The notes beneath the pieces were generated by a model. That model saw only the letters and a program-made list of their open reading frames with translations. It was not told the origin of the DNA and did no database searches. A stretch of 18,658 nucleotides of DNA, taken from IMG/VR virus record IMGVR_UViG_3300028453_000031; one strand, given 5' to 3'. The position numbers and the translations under genes are program-made. This document shows, piece after piece, positions 7,900 through 15,944 of this stretch (position 1 is the stretch's first letter; each line of letters starts with the position of its first letter). This DNA comes from a virus. Lineage: Duplodnaviria > Heunggongvirae > Uroviricota > Caudoviricetes.

Positions 7900-8862
7900 A
7901 TGAGCAGCAAGCTTCATGGTCTTGTCTGGGAAGGGTGCGCCTTCACCGGCATGATCTTATCCAGGGTGGCAGTTATGGCCCGTCTTGCAGACTACAGCAA
8001 TGACGAGGGCGTGTCATGGCCTGCCATTGAAACTATCCGGCGTCAGATCGGTGCAAGAAGTGAATCTACCGTGAAATCTGCTATTGCAGAACTGGCGAAA
8101 GAGGGCTGGCTGACGAAGGAAGAGCGTAAGGTCGGTGGGCGTAACGTAAGCAATATCTATCGGCTTAATGTGGAAAAACTCGAAGCAGCTGCAGCTGCGG
8201 CCCGTGAGGCATATAAACCGAAAAGAAAAATTAGCCCGGCAAAAAATGACCCGTTAACAGTTGACCCGTCAAATATTGACCCCTCAACTGTTGACCCGTC
8301 AAATTTTGATGGATCAACTGTTGATAAAAAACTGCCGATTAGGGGGGCGATGATTGACCCCGATCCGTCAGTATTAAAACCTGATCCGTCAGATAAAAGA
8401 TCTTCTTGTCCGGACGTTTCGCAACCGGACCCGCAGACGGCTGAACAGGATTTTTTAACCCGACACCCTGACGCGGTTGTGTTCAGTGCGAAAAAACGCC
8501 AGTGGGGAAGTCAGGAAGATTTGGCGTGCGCACAGTGGATCTGGGGACGAATCGTGAGTCTTTACGAGCAGGCGGCCAGCGATGATGGCGAGATCACGAG
8601 ACCGAAAGAACCCAACTGGACAGCATGGGCCAATGATGTGCGCACAATGCGGATGCTGGATGGCAGAACTCACAGACAAATTTGTGAAATGTTTGGGCGT
8701 GTCCAGCGGGATTCGTTCTGGGTAAAAAACATCATGAGTCCGGCAAAACTCCGGGAAAAATGGGATGAACTGGTTATCCGCCTGGGGCGTTCGCCCGCGC
8801 AGCGTTGCGTGAATCACATTTCTGAACCGGACACTGAAATACCGCCGGGATTCAGGGGGTGA
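7900..8862 (+). CDS. Replication initiator (O-like / YdaU-like) with N-terminal winged helix
   Basis: N-terminal HTH region (ARLADYSNDEGVSWPAIETIRRQIGARSESTVKSAIAELAKEGWL); internal tandem iterons; immediately upstream of the DnaC-like gene. ATG 7900 preferred over the track's GTG 7885 (G-rich SD-like stretch upstream). Confidence 0.8.
   Translation: MSSKLHGLVWEGCAFTGMILSRVAVMARLADYSNDEGVSWPAIETIRRQIGARSESTVKSAIAELAKEGWLTKEERKVGGRNVSNIYRLNVEKLEAAAAAAREAYKPKRKISPAKNDPLTVDPSNIDPSTVDPSNFDGSTVDKKLPIRGAMIDPDPSVLKPDPSDKRSSCPDVSQPDPQTAEQDFLTRHPDAVVFSAKKRQWGSQEDLACAQWIWGRIVSLYEQAASDDGEITRPKEPNWTAWANDVRTMRMLDGRTHRQICEMFGRVQRDSFWVKNIMSPAKLREKWDELVIRLGRSPAQRCVNHISEPDTEIPPGFRG
8246..8320. repeat. Iterons (candidate ori): five tandem ~15-bp repeats inside the initiator gene
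   Basis: Units TGACCCGTTAACAGT / TGACCCGTCAAATAT / TGACCCCTCAACTGT / TGACCCGTCAAATTT / TGATGGATCAACTGT with 15-bp period, encoding DPLTVDPSNIDPSTVDPSNFDGSTVD. This is the lambda O-type arrangement. Confidence 0.65.
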
Positions 8863-8868
8863 CGTGTC

Positions 8869-9606
8869 ATGAAAAACATTGCGGCAGTTGGGGTTCTTGA
8901 ACGTATTCGCAGAATTGCACCACAGGGGGAGGTTCCACCGTACCGTACGGTGGAGGAGTGGCGGGAATGGCAGCTTGCTGAAGGGCGTAAGCGCAGCGAG
9001 GAGGTTAATCGCCTGAATCATCAGACGCGGGTTGAAAAAATCATTAACCGCTCCGGTATCCAGCCGCTTCACTGGAAGTGTACGTTCGGTAACTACCGGG
9101 TGCAGAACGATGGTCAGCGCCATGCCCTGAGTCAGGCGAAATCCATTGCGGCAGAGCTGGAAGGCGGCTGTACGAATTTTGTTTTCAGTGGCCGACCTGG
9201 CACAGGGAAAAACCACCCGGCGGCGATAGGCAATCGGCTGATGGAGAAGGGGCGCAGCGTAATTATCATCACTGTGTCTGATGTCATGAGTGTGTCGCAC
9301 GACAGTTACGACAACGGCAAATCAGGTGAAAAATTTTTACAGGAGCTTTGCGAGGTGGATTTGCTGGTCCTGGATGAAATTGGCATGCAGCGGGATACGC
9401 GCAATGAGCAAGTCACGCTTAATCAGATTGTTGACCGCAGAACGTCATCATTACGCAGTGTAGGGATGCTGACGAACCTGAATCATGTCGCAATGAATAC
9501 GCTTGTAGGCGAAAGGGCAATGGACCGCATGTCCATGAACGGTGGTCGCTGGGTGACTTTTGACTGGGAGAGCTGGCGTCCGAACGTCAGCCAGCACAGG
9601 AACTGA
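8869..9606 (+). CDS. DnaC-like helicase loader (AAA+ ATPase)
   Basis: SGRPGTGKNHPAAIGN (Walker A as in E. coli DnaC GKPGTGKNH), LLVLDEIGMQ (Walker B), and a C-terminal region resembling DnaC (NQIVDRR...GMLTNLN). Start is coupled to the initiator stop. Confidence 0.85.
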   Translation: MKNIAAVGVLERIRRIAPQGEVPPYRTVEEWREWQLAEGRKRSEEVNRLNHQTRVEKIINRSGIQPLHWKCTFGNYRVQNDGQRHALSQAKSIAAELEGGCTNFVFSGRPGTGKNHPAAIGNRLMEKGRSVIIITVSDVMSVSHDSYDNGKSGEKFLQELCEVDLLVLDEIGMQRDTRNEQVTLNQIVDRRTSSLRSVGMLTNLNHVAMNTLVGERAMDRMSMNGGRWVTFDWESWRPNVSQHRN

Positions 9607-9634
9607 GATGTAATTTTTGTCGGAGGAAATTTTA

Positions 9635-10405
9635 ATGGAAACCGTTTTTGACGCACTGAAAGCAATGGGAAAAGCCACATCGGTAGAACTGGCTGCGCGA
9701 CTTGATATCAGTCGTGAAGAGGTTCTCAACGAGCTGTGGGAACTCAAAAGAAATGGCGTCGTTGATAAAACTGGTCACACCTGGTTTCTGGCTGGCGAAG
9801 GTGAATCCCGGGTAACCGAAGAGCAGCCAGCAAAATCTGAAGCACCGGATGTGCTGACCGGGGAGGTCGAACAAAAAGTTACCGCAGACATGATGATTGA
9901 GTTTATCGGTCAGGAGGGGGCTAAAACGTGTGAGGAACTGGCGGGTAAGTTCGGTGTTAGCACTCGCAAGGTTGCTTCCACGCTGGCGGTAGTAACCGCA
10001 ACGGGGCGGTTGGCACGCGTTAATCAGAACGGTAAATTTCGTTACTGCATGCCGGGCGATAATTTACCAGTAGAGCCGAAAGCCGCGCCGGTAACGGAAA
10101 ATGATGGTAAGGCATTTCCTCAGTCAGCAGGTGTTGCGTTACCAGTCCGGGAAGCTGCAACACAGGAAGAAATTAAAACAGAAACTGTGGCGGACATTGT
10201 GCAGTCGTTGCCATCGTTCACCGAAACGCAAACGGATGACCTGGTTTTACCATCGCTGCATATGGCAAACCGCGAACTGCGTCGGGCGAAAAGTCATGTC
10301 CAGAAGTGGGAGCGTGTCTGCGCCGCGTTGCGGGAGCTGAACAAGCACCGGGATATTGTTCGACAGATTGTCGATTCCTCCAGTCGTATTGTGTCGGAAA
10401 AGTGA
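9635..10405 (+). CDS. Hypothetical protein with two winged-helix-like repeats
   Basis: GGAGG 8 nt before ATG 9635 (track start TTG 9617 less likely). Two similar HTH-like segments: [26 protein letters not shown] and [30 protein letters not shown]. Confidence 0.7.
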   Translation: METVFDALKAMGKATSVELAARLDISREEVLNELWELKRNGVVDKTGHTWFLAGEGESRVTEEQPAKSEAPDVLTGEVEQKVTADMMIEFIGQEGAKTCEELAGKFGVSTRKVASTLAVVTATGRLARVNQNGKFRYCMPGDNLPVEPKAAPVTENDGKAFPQSAGVALPVREAATQEEIKTETVADIVQSLPSFTETQTDDLVLPSLHMANRELRRAKSHVQKWERVCAALRELNKHRDIVRQIVDSSSRIVSEK

Positions 10406-10420
10406 TTGCCGGAGGCGCTT

Positions 10421-10843
10421 ATGGCAAAAGTATTTACACAGGAAGAGCGGGAAAAAATTAAAGGGCAGGTTGTTGAGCTAGTACGCCAGAGTGGGCGCGA
10501 GACGTTACGGCAACTGGAAGCCAAGACAGGTGCGACAAGATATCTGATGAGCGTTCTCGCAAGAGAGCTGGTTGCCAGTGGTGATGTATACAACTCTGGC
10601 TACGGGTTATTTCCCTCTGAACAGGCTCGTAAGGACTGGCAAAACGCCCGCAAAAAACTATCGAGGGCAAAGATGAAGAAATCGGTTGCAGTTGATCCGG
10701 ACCTTATCTGGTCATTACCTGACGGAGAAATACGTCGTTATGACAGGCACCAAAACATAATTTGCTGTGAGTGCCGGAAGAGTGAAGTTATGCAGCGTGT
10801 ACTGGCTTTCTATCAGGGTAATTTTCAGGAGGCGGTACTGTGA
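10421..10843 (+). CDS. Hypothetical protein
   Basis: GGAGG 5 nt before ATG 10421; 140-aa ORF tightly packed with its neighbours. Confidence 0.65.
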   Translation: MAKVFTQEEREKIKGQVVELVRQSGRETLRQLEAKTGATRYLMSVLARELVASGDVYNSGYGLFPSEQARKDWQNARKKLSRAKMKKSVAVDPDLIWSLPDGEIRRYDRHQNIICCECRKSEVMQRVLAFYQGNFQEAVL

Positions 10844-10900
10844 GTGAAATTAGCTATCAGGCTTCAATTGTCGCTGGCATTCGCATCAAAGGAGAGGAGC

Positions 10901-11257
10901 ATGGAAATAAAACCAGAAGATGAGTTAAGCAATATTGTTTTATTTCCGGTAAAAGAGGATGACCCACGTAATCAGGTTAATTTTCTTTATGAGCCATCGG
11001 AAAGACCATACTGCCATCACGCCTCTGTCCGGGTTGACGAAAAAGAGCGCCAGGTCCGATGCAAAATTTGCGGTGCGGTTGTGGAGCCATTTGACTGGAT
11101 GCTCTCAGTGGCGAAAAGAGAAACCAGACTGGCAGATGATGTAAGGCTATTGCGCCAGGAGGAACAGGAAAGGCGAAAAAATATAGAAAAGCTAATTCAG
11201 ATTGAGCGTAACGCGAAAGCGCGGATACGCAGGGCGACAAAATTTAGCCCCGAATAA
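10901..11257 (+). CDS. Hypothetical zinc-ribbon protein
   Basis: GGAGAGGAG before ATG 10901 (track GTG 10844 is in frame but has a weaker context). CHH...CKICG motif. Confidence 0.6.
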   Translation: MEIKPEDELSNIVLFPVKEDDPRNQVNFLYEPSERPYCHHASVRVDEKERQVRCKICGAVVEPFDWMLSVAKRETRLADDVRLLRQEEQERRKNIEKLIQIERNAKARIRRATKFSPE

Positions 11258-11422
11258 TTAACATTATTATCGGAAATAAAATCCTTAACCGGAGGGATTT
11301 CTGCACCCTCAGAACATCAGGAGGCCACCAGAAATGGCGGTAATGAAAAATTAACCAGAGAGCAATTAATCAAAGAAGCCAAATTAAAAATAGCGGTTGC
11401 GAAATGTCACCCCAATTCAGAG

Positions 11423-11689
11423 ATGGCTAGGGTAGAGGGCGAGCTATTCAAAATTGCACTGGCATCGCTGGAAGCAGAACCGGTGGCATATCAGTATCGC
11501 CTGTGGGATGCGGAATATGATGAATGGGGGGAATGGGAAGATTGCGGAGAATGCGCTTACGAAGGATTTGTTGAGGAAGAGAAACTCCAGGGGGCAGCTG
11601 TTCAGACCCGTAAGCTATACGCCACACCGCCAGTGCCGGTAGTGCCGGAATTTGAAACATGGTTTAACAGCCAGGAGTCAGGGAGATAA
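11423..11689 (+). CDS. Hypothetical acidic protein
   Basis: 88-aa ORF in the same orientation and operon context; weak RBS. Confidence 0.5.
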   Translation: MARVEGELFKIALASLEAEPVAYQYRLWDAEYDEWGEWEDCGECAYEGFVEEEKLQGAAVQTRKLYATPPVPVVPEFETWFNSQESGR

Positions 11690-11692
11690 ATC

Positions 11693-12193
11693 ATGATTAA
11701 TCGTACTAAACTGGAGCACATCCTCGAATATGCCAGGCAGCAGAGGCATATTGGTCAGCATTGTAAAATTCCAGCAGGAGATATGGTTGAAATCGTGGAG
11801 ATTGCCATGTGTAAGACTGGTAACTCTCAGGTAATTCCAGATGAGGTGCTGTCAGCAATTATGAAGGTAGTCAGGATTCGTACCGACTTTGCCGATTTTG
11901 ACGGTGACAGGCGAGGTATCGGTGATTGTCTGGATGAGTCTGAGCAAGAGCTTATCGTTACCATTAACAAATATGCCAGTCAGTTGGTAGTGGAACCGGT
12001 AGTACCTGATGAAGAACGGGAACAGACAGTCACGCCGCCAACACCTGGTAACCAGATTAACGAATTAACCATGTTGGTTAAGCGATTAGCCAGTTCGCTA
12101 AAAAGCGTCAATAAATCAAGCAAGCTACCTGATAAAGCGATGGAATATCTGAAGCAGAACGGACTGGTTGGTGTGGAGGATATTTTACGATGA
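11693..12193 (+). CDS. Hypothetical protein
   Basis: GGAG-rich Shine-Dalgarno before ATG 11693; 166-aa ORF; stop overlaps the next small ORF start (ATGA). Confidence 0.65.
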   Translation: MINRTKLEHILEYARQQRHIGQHCKIPAGDMVEIVEIAMCKTGNSQVIPDEVLSAIMKVVRIRTDFADFDGDRRGIGDCLDESEQELIVTINKYASQLVVEPVVPDEEREQTVTPPTPGNQINELTMLVKRLASSLKSVNKSSKLPDKAMEYLKQNGLVGVEDILR

Positions 12194-12273
12194 CCTGGCC
12201 TGAAGCATTTGCAATTGTAGGCGTTGCTATGGCTATCGCTTTTTTAGTATATGTTATTTGTCGGTGGGGGTAA
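12190..12273 (+). CDS. Small hydrophobic peptide (27 aa), single predicted TM helix
   Basis: MTWPEAFAIVGVAMAIAFLVYVICRWG; ATG overlaps the upstream stop (ATGA coupling). Confidence 0.4.
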   Translation: MTWPEAFAIVGVAMAIAFLVYVICRWG

Positions 12274-12307
12274 AACGTTCGCCGGGATTCACACCAAAGG
12301 AGGGAAT

Positions 12308-12412
12308 ATGTCGGATGATATTTCACTGGCAATGGAAGGCGCTCTGGCTGTTATTGCTGTTGTTATTGTTTACTGCCTGGTTGTGTTTTTGATGGATCGG
12401 CTGGGGAACTGA
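12308..12412 (+). CDS. Small hydrophobic peptide (34 aa), single predicted TM helix
   Basis: MSDDISLAMEGALAVIAVVIVYCLVVFLMDRLGN; strong AAGGAGGG Shine-Dalgarno at 12297-12304. Confidence 0.45.
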   Translation: MSDDISLAMEGALAVIAVVIVYCLVVFLMDRLGN

Positions 12413-12422
12413 ATTCATTGCG

Positions 12423-12656
12423 ATATGGGAATTCCCATATTGGGCAAAAACGGTTTGCTGTAAAGCGAGAGTTAAGTAGAATTGCTGCGGGTGCTTGAGG
12501 CTGTCTGCCTCGGGCATGCCGCCGTAAGGCAGACAGAGAAAAGCCCCAGTTAACATAACGCGTCCTGCAAGACGCTTAACATTAATCTGAGGCCCAATCT
12601 ATGTCTCACAAATGTAGGTTAGCCTCTTACGTGCCGAAGGCAAGGAGAAGCAGGCT
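12423..12656 (+). promoter_or_regulatory. hok mRNA leader region with strong secondary structure; expected location of the antisense (sok-like) RNA
   Basis: 18-bp perfect palindrome ATATGGGAATTCCCATAT (12423-12440); 10-bp perfect stem CTGTCTGCCT / AGGCAGACAG (12501-12510 and 12527-12536); short leader ORF 12601-12660 ending in ATGA at the hok start. Confidence 0.45.
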
Positions 12657-12812
12657 ATGAAGCAGCAAAAGGCGACGTTAATCGCCCTGATCGTCATCTG
12701 TTTAACCGTCATAGTGACGGCACTGGTAACGAGGAAAGACCTCTGCGAGGTACGAATCCGAACCGGCCAGACGGAGGTCGCTGTTTTCACAGTCTACGAA
12801 CCTGAGGAGTAA
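12657..12812 (+). CDS. hok: Hok/Gef family type I toxin
   Basis: 51-aa product MKQQKATLIALIVICLTVIVTALVTRKDLCEVRIRTGQTEVAVFTVYEPEE matches the Hok family pattern (TM helix then TRK.LCE.R.R.G..EVA....YE). AAGGAG 9 nt upstream. Confidence 0.85.
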   Translation: MKQQKATLIALIVICLTVIVTALVTRKDLCEVRIRTGQTEVAVFTVYEPEE

Positions 12813-12878
12813 GAGTGACCTGGGCGGGGTACTGATCCCATCCCCGCCCACCTCTGATGTGTCAGGCATCCTCAATGC

Positions 12879-12902
12879 ACCCGCACTTAACCCGCTTCGG
12901 CG
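12879..12902 (+). terminator. Rho-independent terminator after hok
   Basis: CCCGC-TTCG-GCGGG hairpin followed by TTTGTTTTTT. A further GGGCGGGG...CCCCGCCC inverted repeat lies at 12821-12848. Confidence 0.6.
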
Positions 12903-12986
12903 GGGTTTGTTTTTTCCTGGCATTCTGGTTTACAATTCGCACGTCAGCCTGAACAACTGGCACCTGCTGCGTCACCGGAGATCCCG

Positions 12987-13256
12987 ATGGCGCACGATAC
13001 CAGATTGCACAATTCTGCCGACCTTGCCAGCAGGCATGGGCGGCGTTCTCACACATTCAAATCTGACTGGTTCCAGCATGACCCGTGCACTGAAGAACAG
13101 GCCGAATGGCTGATTCAGTGCTACCGCAGACGTGGTTACGAGTTTCAGAAAGATCTCAGCTTCGATCGTCGTCACTGGATAATCTCCGTCAGGCTCCCTT
13201 ATTCCGAACGCCCACCGCGTTCATCCCGCACATACCAGCAACGTATCTGGAGGTAA
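12987..13256 (+). CDS. Hypothetical protein (89 aa)
   Basis: ATG with GGAG 8 nt upstream; stop lies one base before the GTG start of the next gene. Confidence 0.45.
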   Translation: MAHDTRLHNSADLASRHGRRSHTFKSDWFQHDPCTEEQAEWLIQCYRRRGYEFQKDLSFDRRHWIISVRLPYSERPPRSSRTYQQRIWR

Positions 13257-13257
13257 C

Positions 13258-14316
13258 GTGCGGGTATTACTTCGACCTGTTCTGGTACCGGAACTCGGGC
13301 TGGTGGTCCTTAAGCCGGGCCGTGAATCCATGCCGGTATTTCACAATCCCCGTGTGCTGGTGGAGCCTGAACCGAAAAGCATGAGTGGCCAGCCATCCGG
13401 GATCGTTCCTGTCGTTCGCCAGCCGCTGGCTGAGGATAAATCATTACTGCCATTTTTCAGCGATGAGCGGGTGATCCGTGCTGCTGGCGGTGCTGGTGCA
13501 CTGCCTGACTGGTTATTACGTCACGTGAAATCCTGTCAGTGGCCTCATGGTGATTATCATCACAGCGAAACCGTCATTCACCGTTACGGTACCGGCGCGA
13601 TGGTGTTGTGCTGGCACTGCGACAACCAGTTGCGGGAGCAGACATCTGATTCACTGGAGCAACTTGCTCAGCAGAATCTGGCAGCCTGGATGATTGATGT
13701 CATACGTCACGCAATGAATGGCACACAGGAGCGGGAACTGTCGCTGGCCGAATTATCCTGGTGGGCGGTCTGCAATCAGGTGGCTGATGCGCTTCCGGAG
13801 TCTGTATTGCGTCGTTCGCTGGGATTACCGGTGGAAAAAATCCGCTCCGTATACCGTGAGAGTGACATCATTCCGGGAGCGCAGACCTCCACCAGCATAC
13901 TGAAACAGCGCACAAAAAATATTACGCTACCGCCTCATACCCACCAGCAACAGACCCTACCACAGGAAAAGACGTTAGTAAGCATCGCCGTTGATCCGGA
14001 GTCTCCGGCTCAGTACCTCCAGCGCCAGAAACCACAACGGGAAGAGATGCCCGTATACACGCGCTGGGTAAAAACGCAGAAATGCATGACGTGTGGCAAT
14101 CAGGCAGATGATCCGCATCACATCATTGGTCATGGACTGGGAGGGATGGGAACAAAGGCTGACGATTTGTTTGTTATTCCGTTGTGCCGTAAATGCCATA
14201 ACGAACTGCATGCCGGAGTAAAAGATTTTGAAGAGAAACACGGCAGTCAGCTGTTGTTGCTGATTCGTTTTTTAATGCACGCGAGAAATTCGGGTGTTCT
14301 GAAGTGGAAAGCATAA
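13258..14316 (+). CDS. DUF968/YdfU-like protein with C-terminal HNH/YbcO-like zinc-binding nuclease motif
   Basis: C-terminus CMTCGNQADDPHHIIGHGLGGMGTKADDLFVIPLCRKCHNELH has the cysteine/histidine pattern of YbcO/DUF968-type phage nucleases. GGAGG ~4 nt before GTG 13258. Confidence 0.7.
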   Translation: MRVLLRPVLVPELGLVVLKPGRESMPVFHNPRVLVEPEPKSMSGQPSGIVPVVRQPLAEDKSLLPFFSDERVIRAAGGAGALPDWLLRHVKSCQWPHGDYHHSETVIHRYGTGAMVLCWHCDNQLREQTSDSLEQLAQQNLAAWMIDVIRHAMNGTQERELSLAELSWWAVCNQVADALPESVLRRSLGLPVEKIRSVYRESDIIPGAQTSTSILKQRTKNITLPPHTHQQQTLPQEKTLVSIAVDPESPAQYLQRQKPQREEMPVYTRWVKTQKCMTCGNQADDPHHIIGHGLGGMGTKADDLFVIPLCRKCHNELHAGVKDFEEKHGSQLLLLIRFLMHARNSGVLKWKA

Positions 14317-14553
14317 ATGACCGAACGCATAGAATTTGTTTTGCCTTACCCGCCAACGGTGAACACTTACTGGCGACGTCGTGACCTGGACAACATTCTG
14401 AAAGCGCCACTGGATGCGCTGACGCATGCAGGACTACTTATCGACGACGAGCAGTTTGATGAAATTAATATTGTGCGCGGTCTGCCTGTTCCTGGCGGAC
14501 GGCTTGGTGTGAAAATTTACGAAATAACGCATGGCGGGCAGGCAAAAGAATGA
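14317..14553 (+). CDS. rusA: RusA-family Holliday junction resolvase with apparent internal in-frame deletion (78 aa versus ~120 aa)
   Basis: N-terminus LPYPPTVNTYW and C-terminal part RRRDLDNILKAPLDALTHAGLLIDDEQ...GGRLGVKIYEI align to RusA as I recall it; about 40 central residues are absent. ATGA coupling at both ends. Confidence 0.65.
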   Translation: MTERIEFVLPYPPTVNTYWRRRDLDNILKAPLDALTHAGLLIDDEQFDEINIVRGLPVPGGRLGVKIYEITHGGQAKE

Positions 14554-15371
14554 AACTGGAAGATTTACCAAAATACTATTCCCCAAAATCACCGGGTCTG
14601 ACGGATGCATCGGCCTCAACGTCAAAAGATGCGCTGAGTATCACTGATGTGATGGCAGCGCAGGGCATGACACAGAATCGGGCTGAGATGGGGTTTTCTG
14701 CGTTCCTTGGGAAAATGGGCATTAGTATGAATGACAGAGAGCGGGCAACAGAATTGCTGACAGAATATGCACTCAGTCGGTGTGATCGCGTGGCGGCGTT
14801 AAGAAAACTCCCGGCAGAAATAAAACCGGCAGTGATGCGTATTATGGCTTCGTATGCGTTTGAAGATTATGCCCGTAGCGCGGCGAGCAAAAAACAGTGC
14901 CCCTGCTGTCACGGAAAAAAATTTATTGAAAGCGAGGTTTTTACAAACAAGATCCAGTATCCGGATGGTAAGCCGCCAGTGTGGGCAAAGTGCACAAAAG
15001 GCGTGTATCCGTCTTACTGGGAGGAATGGAAAAAAGTCAGGGAGGTGGTAAAAGTTGCCTGTCCGGAGTGTGGAGGGAAGGGAGAGGTATCCACTGCCTG
15101 TAAAGATTGTCGTGGGCGCGGTGTTGCCATTCATCGTGAAGAGTCGGAAAAACAGGGTGTGCCGGTTTTCAGAAACTGTCAGCGTTGTGGTGGGCGTGGC
15201 TATGAAAGATTACCTTCAACGGAGGCATTTAATGCCATATGTAATGTAACCGATGCCATATCTCTTGATACATGGAAAAAAACAGTTAAACGTTTTTACG
15301 ATACGCTGGTGGTGCAGTTTGATATTGAAGAAGCATGGGCAGAACAACAACTGAAAAAGGTGACCAGATAG
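14550..15371 (+). CDS. Late-gene antiterminator Q-like protein (multi-CxxC zinc binding)
   Basis: Position after rusA and before the late promoter and tRNAs. SPKSP...TDVMAAQGM N-terminal pattern and several CxxC pairs. Family assignment is from memory of Q-type proteins. Confidence 0.65.
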   Translation: MKLEDLPKYYSPKSPGLTDASASTSKDALSITDVMAAQGMTQNRAEMGFSAFLGKMGISMNDRERATELLTEYALSRCDRVAALRKLPAEIKPAVMRIMASYAFEDYARSAASKKQCPCCHGKKFIESEVFTNKIQYPDGKPPVWAKCTKGVYPSYWEEWKKVREVVKVACPECGGKGEVSTACKDCRGRGVAIHREESEKQGVPVFRNCQRCGGRGYERLPSTEAFNAICNVTDAISLDTWKKTVKRFYDTLVVQFDIEEAWAEQQLKKVTR

Positions 15372-15376
15372 CTTTG

Positions 15377-15404
15377 TTGATTTTTCCCGAATCTGTGGTA
15401 AATT
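15377..15404 (+). promoter_or_regulatory. Candidate late promoter (PR'-like)
   Basis: TTGATT (15377-15382), 16-nt spacer, TAAATT (15399-15404), directly downstream of the Q-like gene. Confidence 0.3.
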
Positions 15405-15450
15405 TGCCCTAACGATGGGCGTTTTATGCCTGACGTTAGAAGATTTTTAC

Positions 15451-15476
15451 ACCCGTCGCCAGGCGGGTTTTTTTAT
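15451..15476 (+). terminator. Candidate tR'-like terminator in the late leader
   Basis: ACCCG...CGGGT stem (5 bp, 8-nt loop) followed by TTTTTTTA. Confidence 0.45.
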
Positions 15477-15596
15477 GACTGAAATCACGCCAGTACATAA
15501 AATGTGCAGGTGGTTATTAATACCGGTCTTTCAGCTTGCTGGCTTTTTTGACAAGAGTTATTGGTGTGTCACGTTAACCGGAAAAGGGAAAAAGAC

Positions 15597-15794
15597 ATGC
15601 TGAAACAGCAGGATATGACCGAAACCGCCAGAGTGGTGTTTAATGAATTAAGCGTCACCGAACCGGCGACAGTCGGGGAGATTGCGCAGAATACTTACCT
15701 TTCACGCGAACGCTGCCAGTTAATACTGACCCAGCTTGTTATGGCGGGTCTGGCAGACTATCAGTTCGGTTGTTACAGACGCCTTCAGTCATGA
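15597..15794 (+). CDS. Small hypothetical protein (65 aa), possible winged helix
   Basis: MLKQQDMTETARVVFNELSVTEPATVGEIAQNTYLSRERCQLILTQLVMAGLADYQF...; first ORF after the late leader. Confidence 0.5.
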   Translation: MLKQQDMTETARVVFNELSVTEPATVGEIAQNTYLSRERCQLILTQLVMAGLADYQFGCYRRLQS

Positions 15795-15944
15795 AGGCTT
15801 TTTTATTTGTGGTAAATGGGCGGCTGGTGGGTGTTAGGGGCACTCACCAGCCATCTGCTCATGCGTCTGGATCACAAGCAAACCTCAGGCCCACTGCTTT
15901 GCGCAAAAGCAGAATGAGCCTATCAGAGACAGGCTTAATGATCC

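Noticed and set aside
7459-9747. Minus-strand ORFs 7459..7917, 8455..9300, 9451..9747
   Set aside because: Antisense to the YdaT-like, initiator and DnaC-like genes, which have strong family support.
12599-13175. Minus-strand ORFs 12599..12790, 12702..12923, 12862..13056, 12972..13175
   Set aside because: Antisense to the hok gene and its structured UTRs; any real antisense product here would be a small RNA, not these ORFs.
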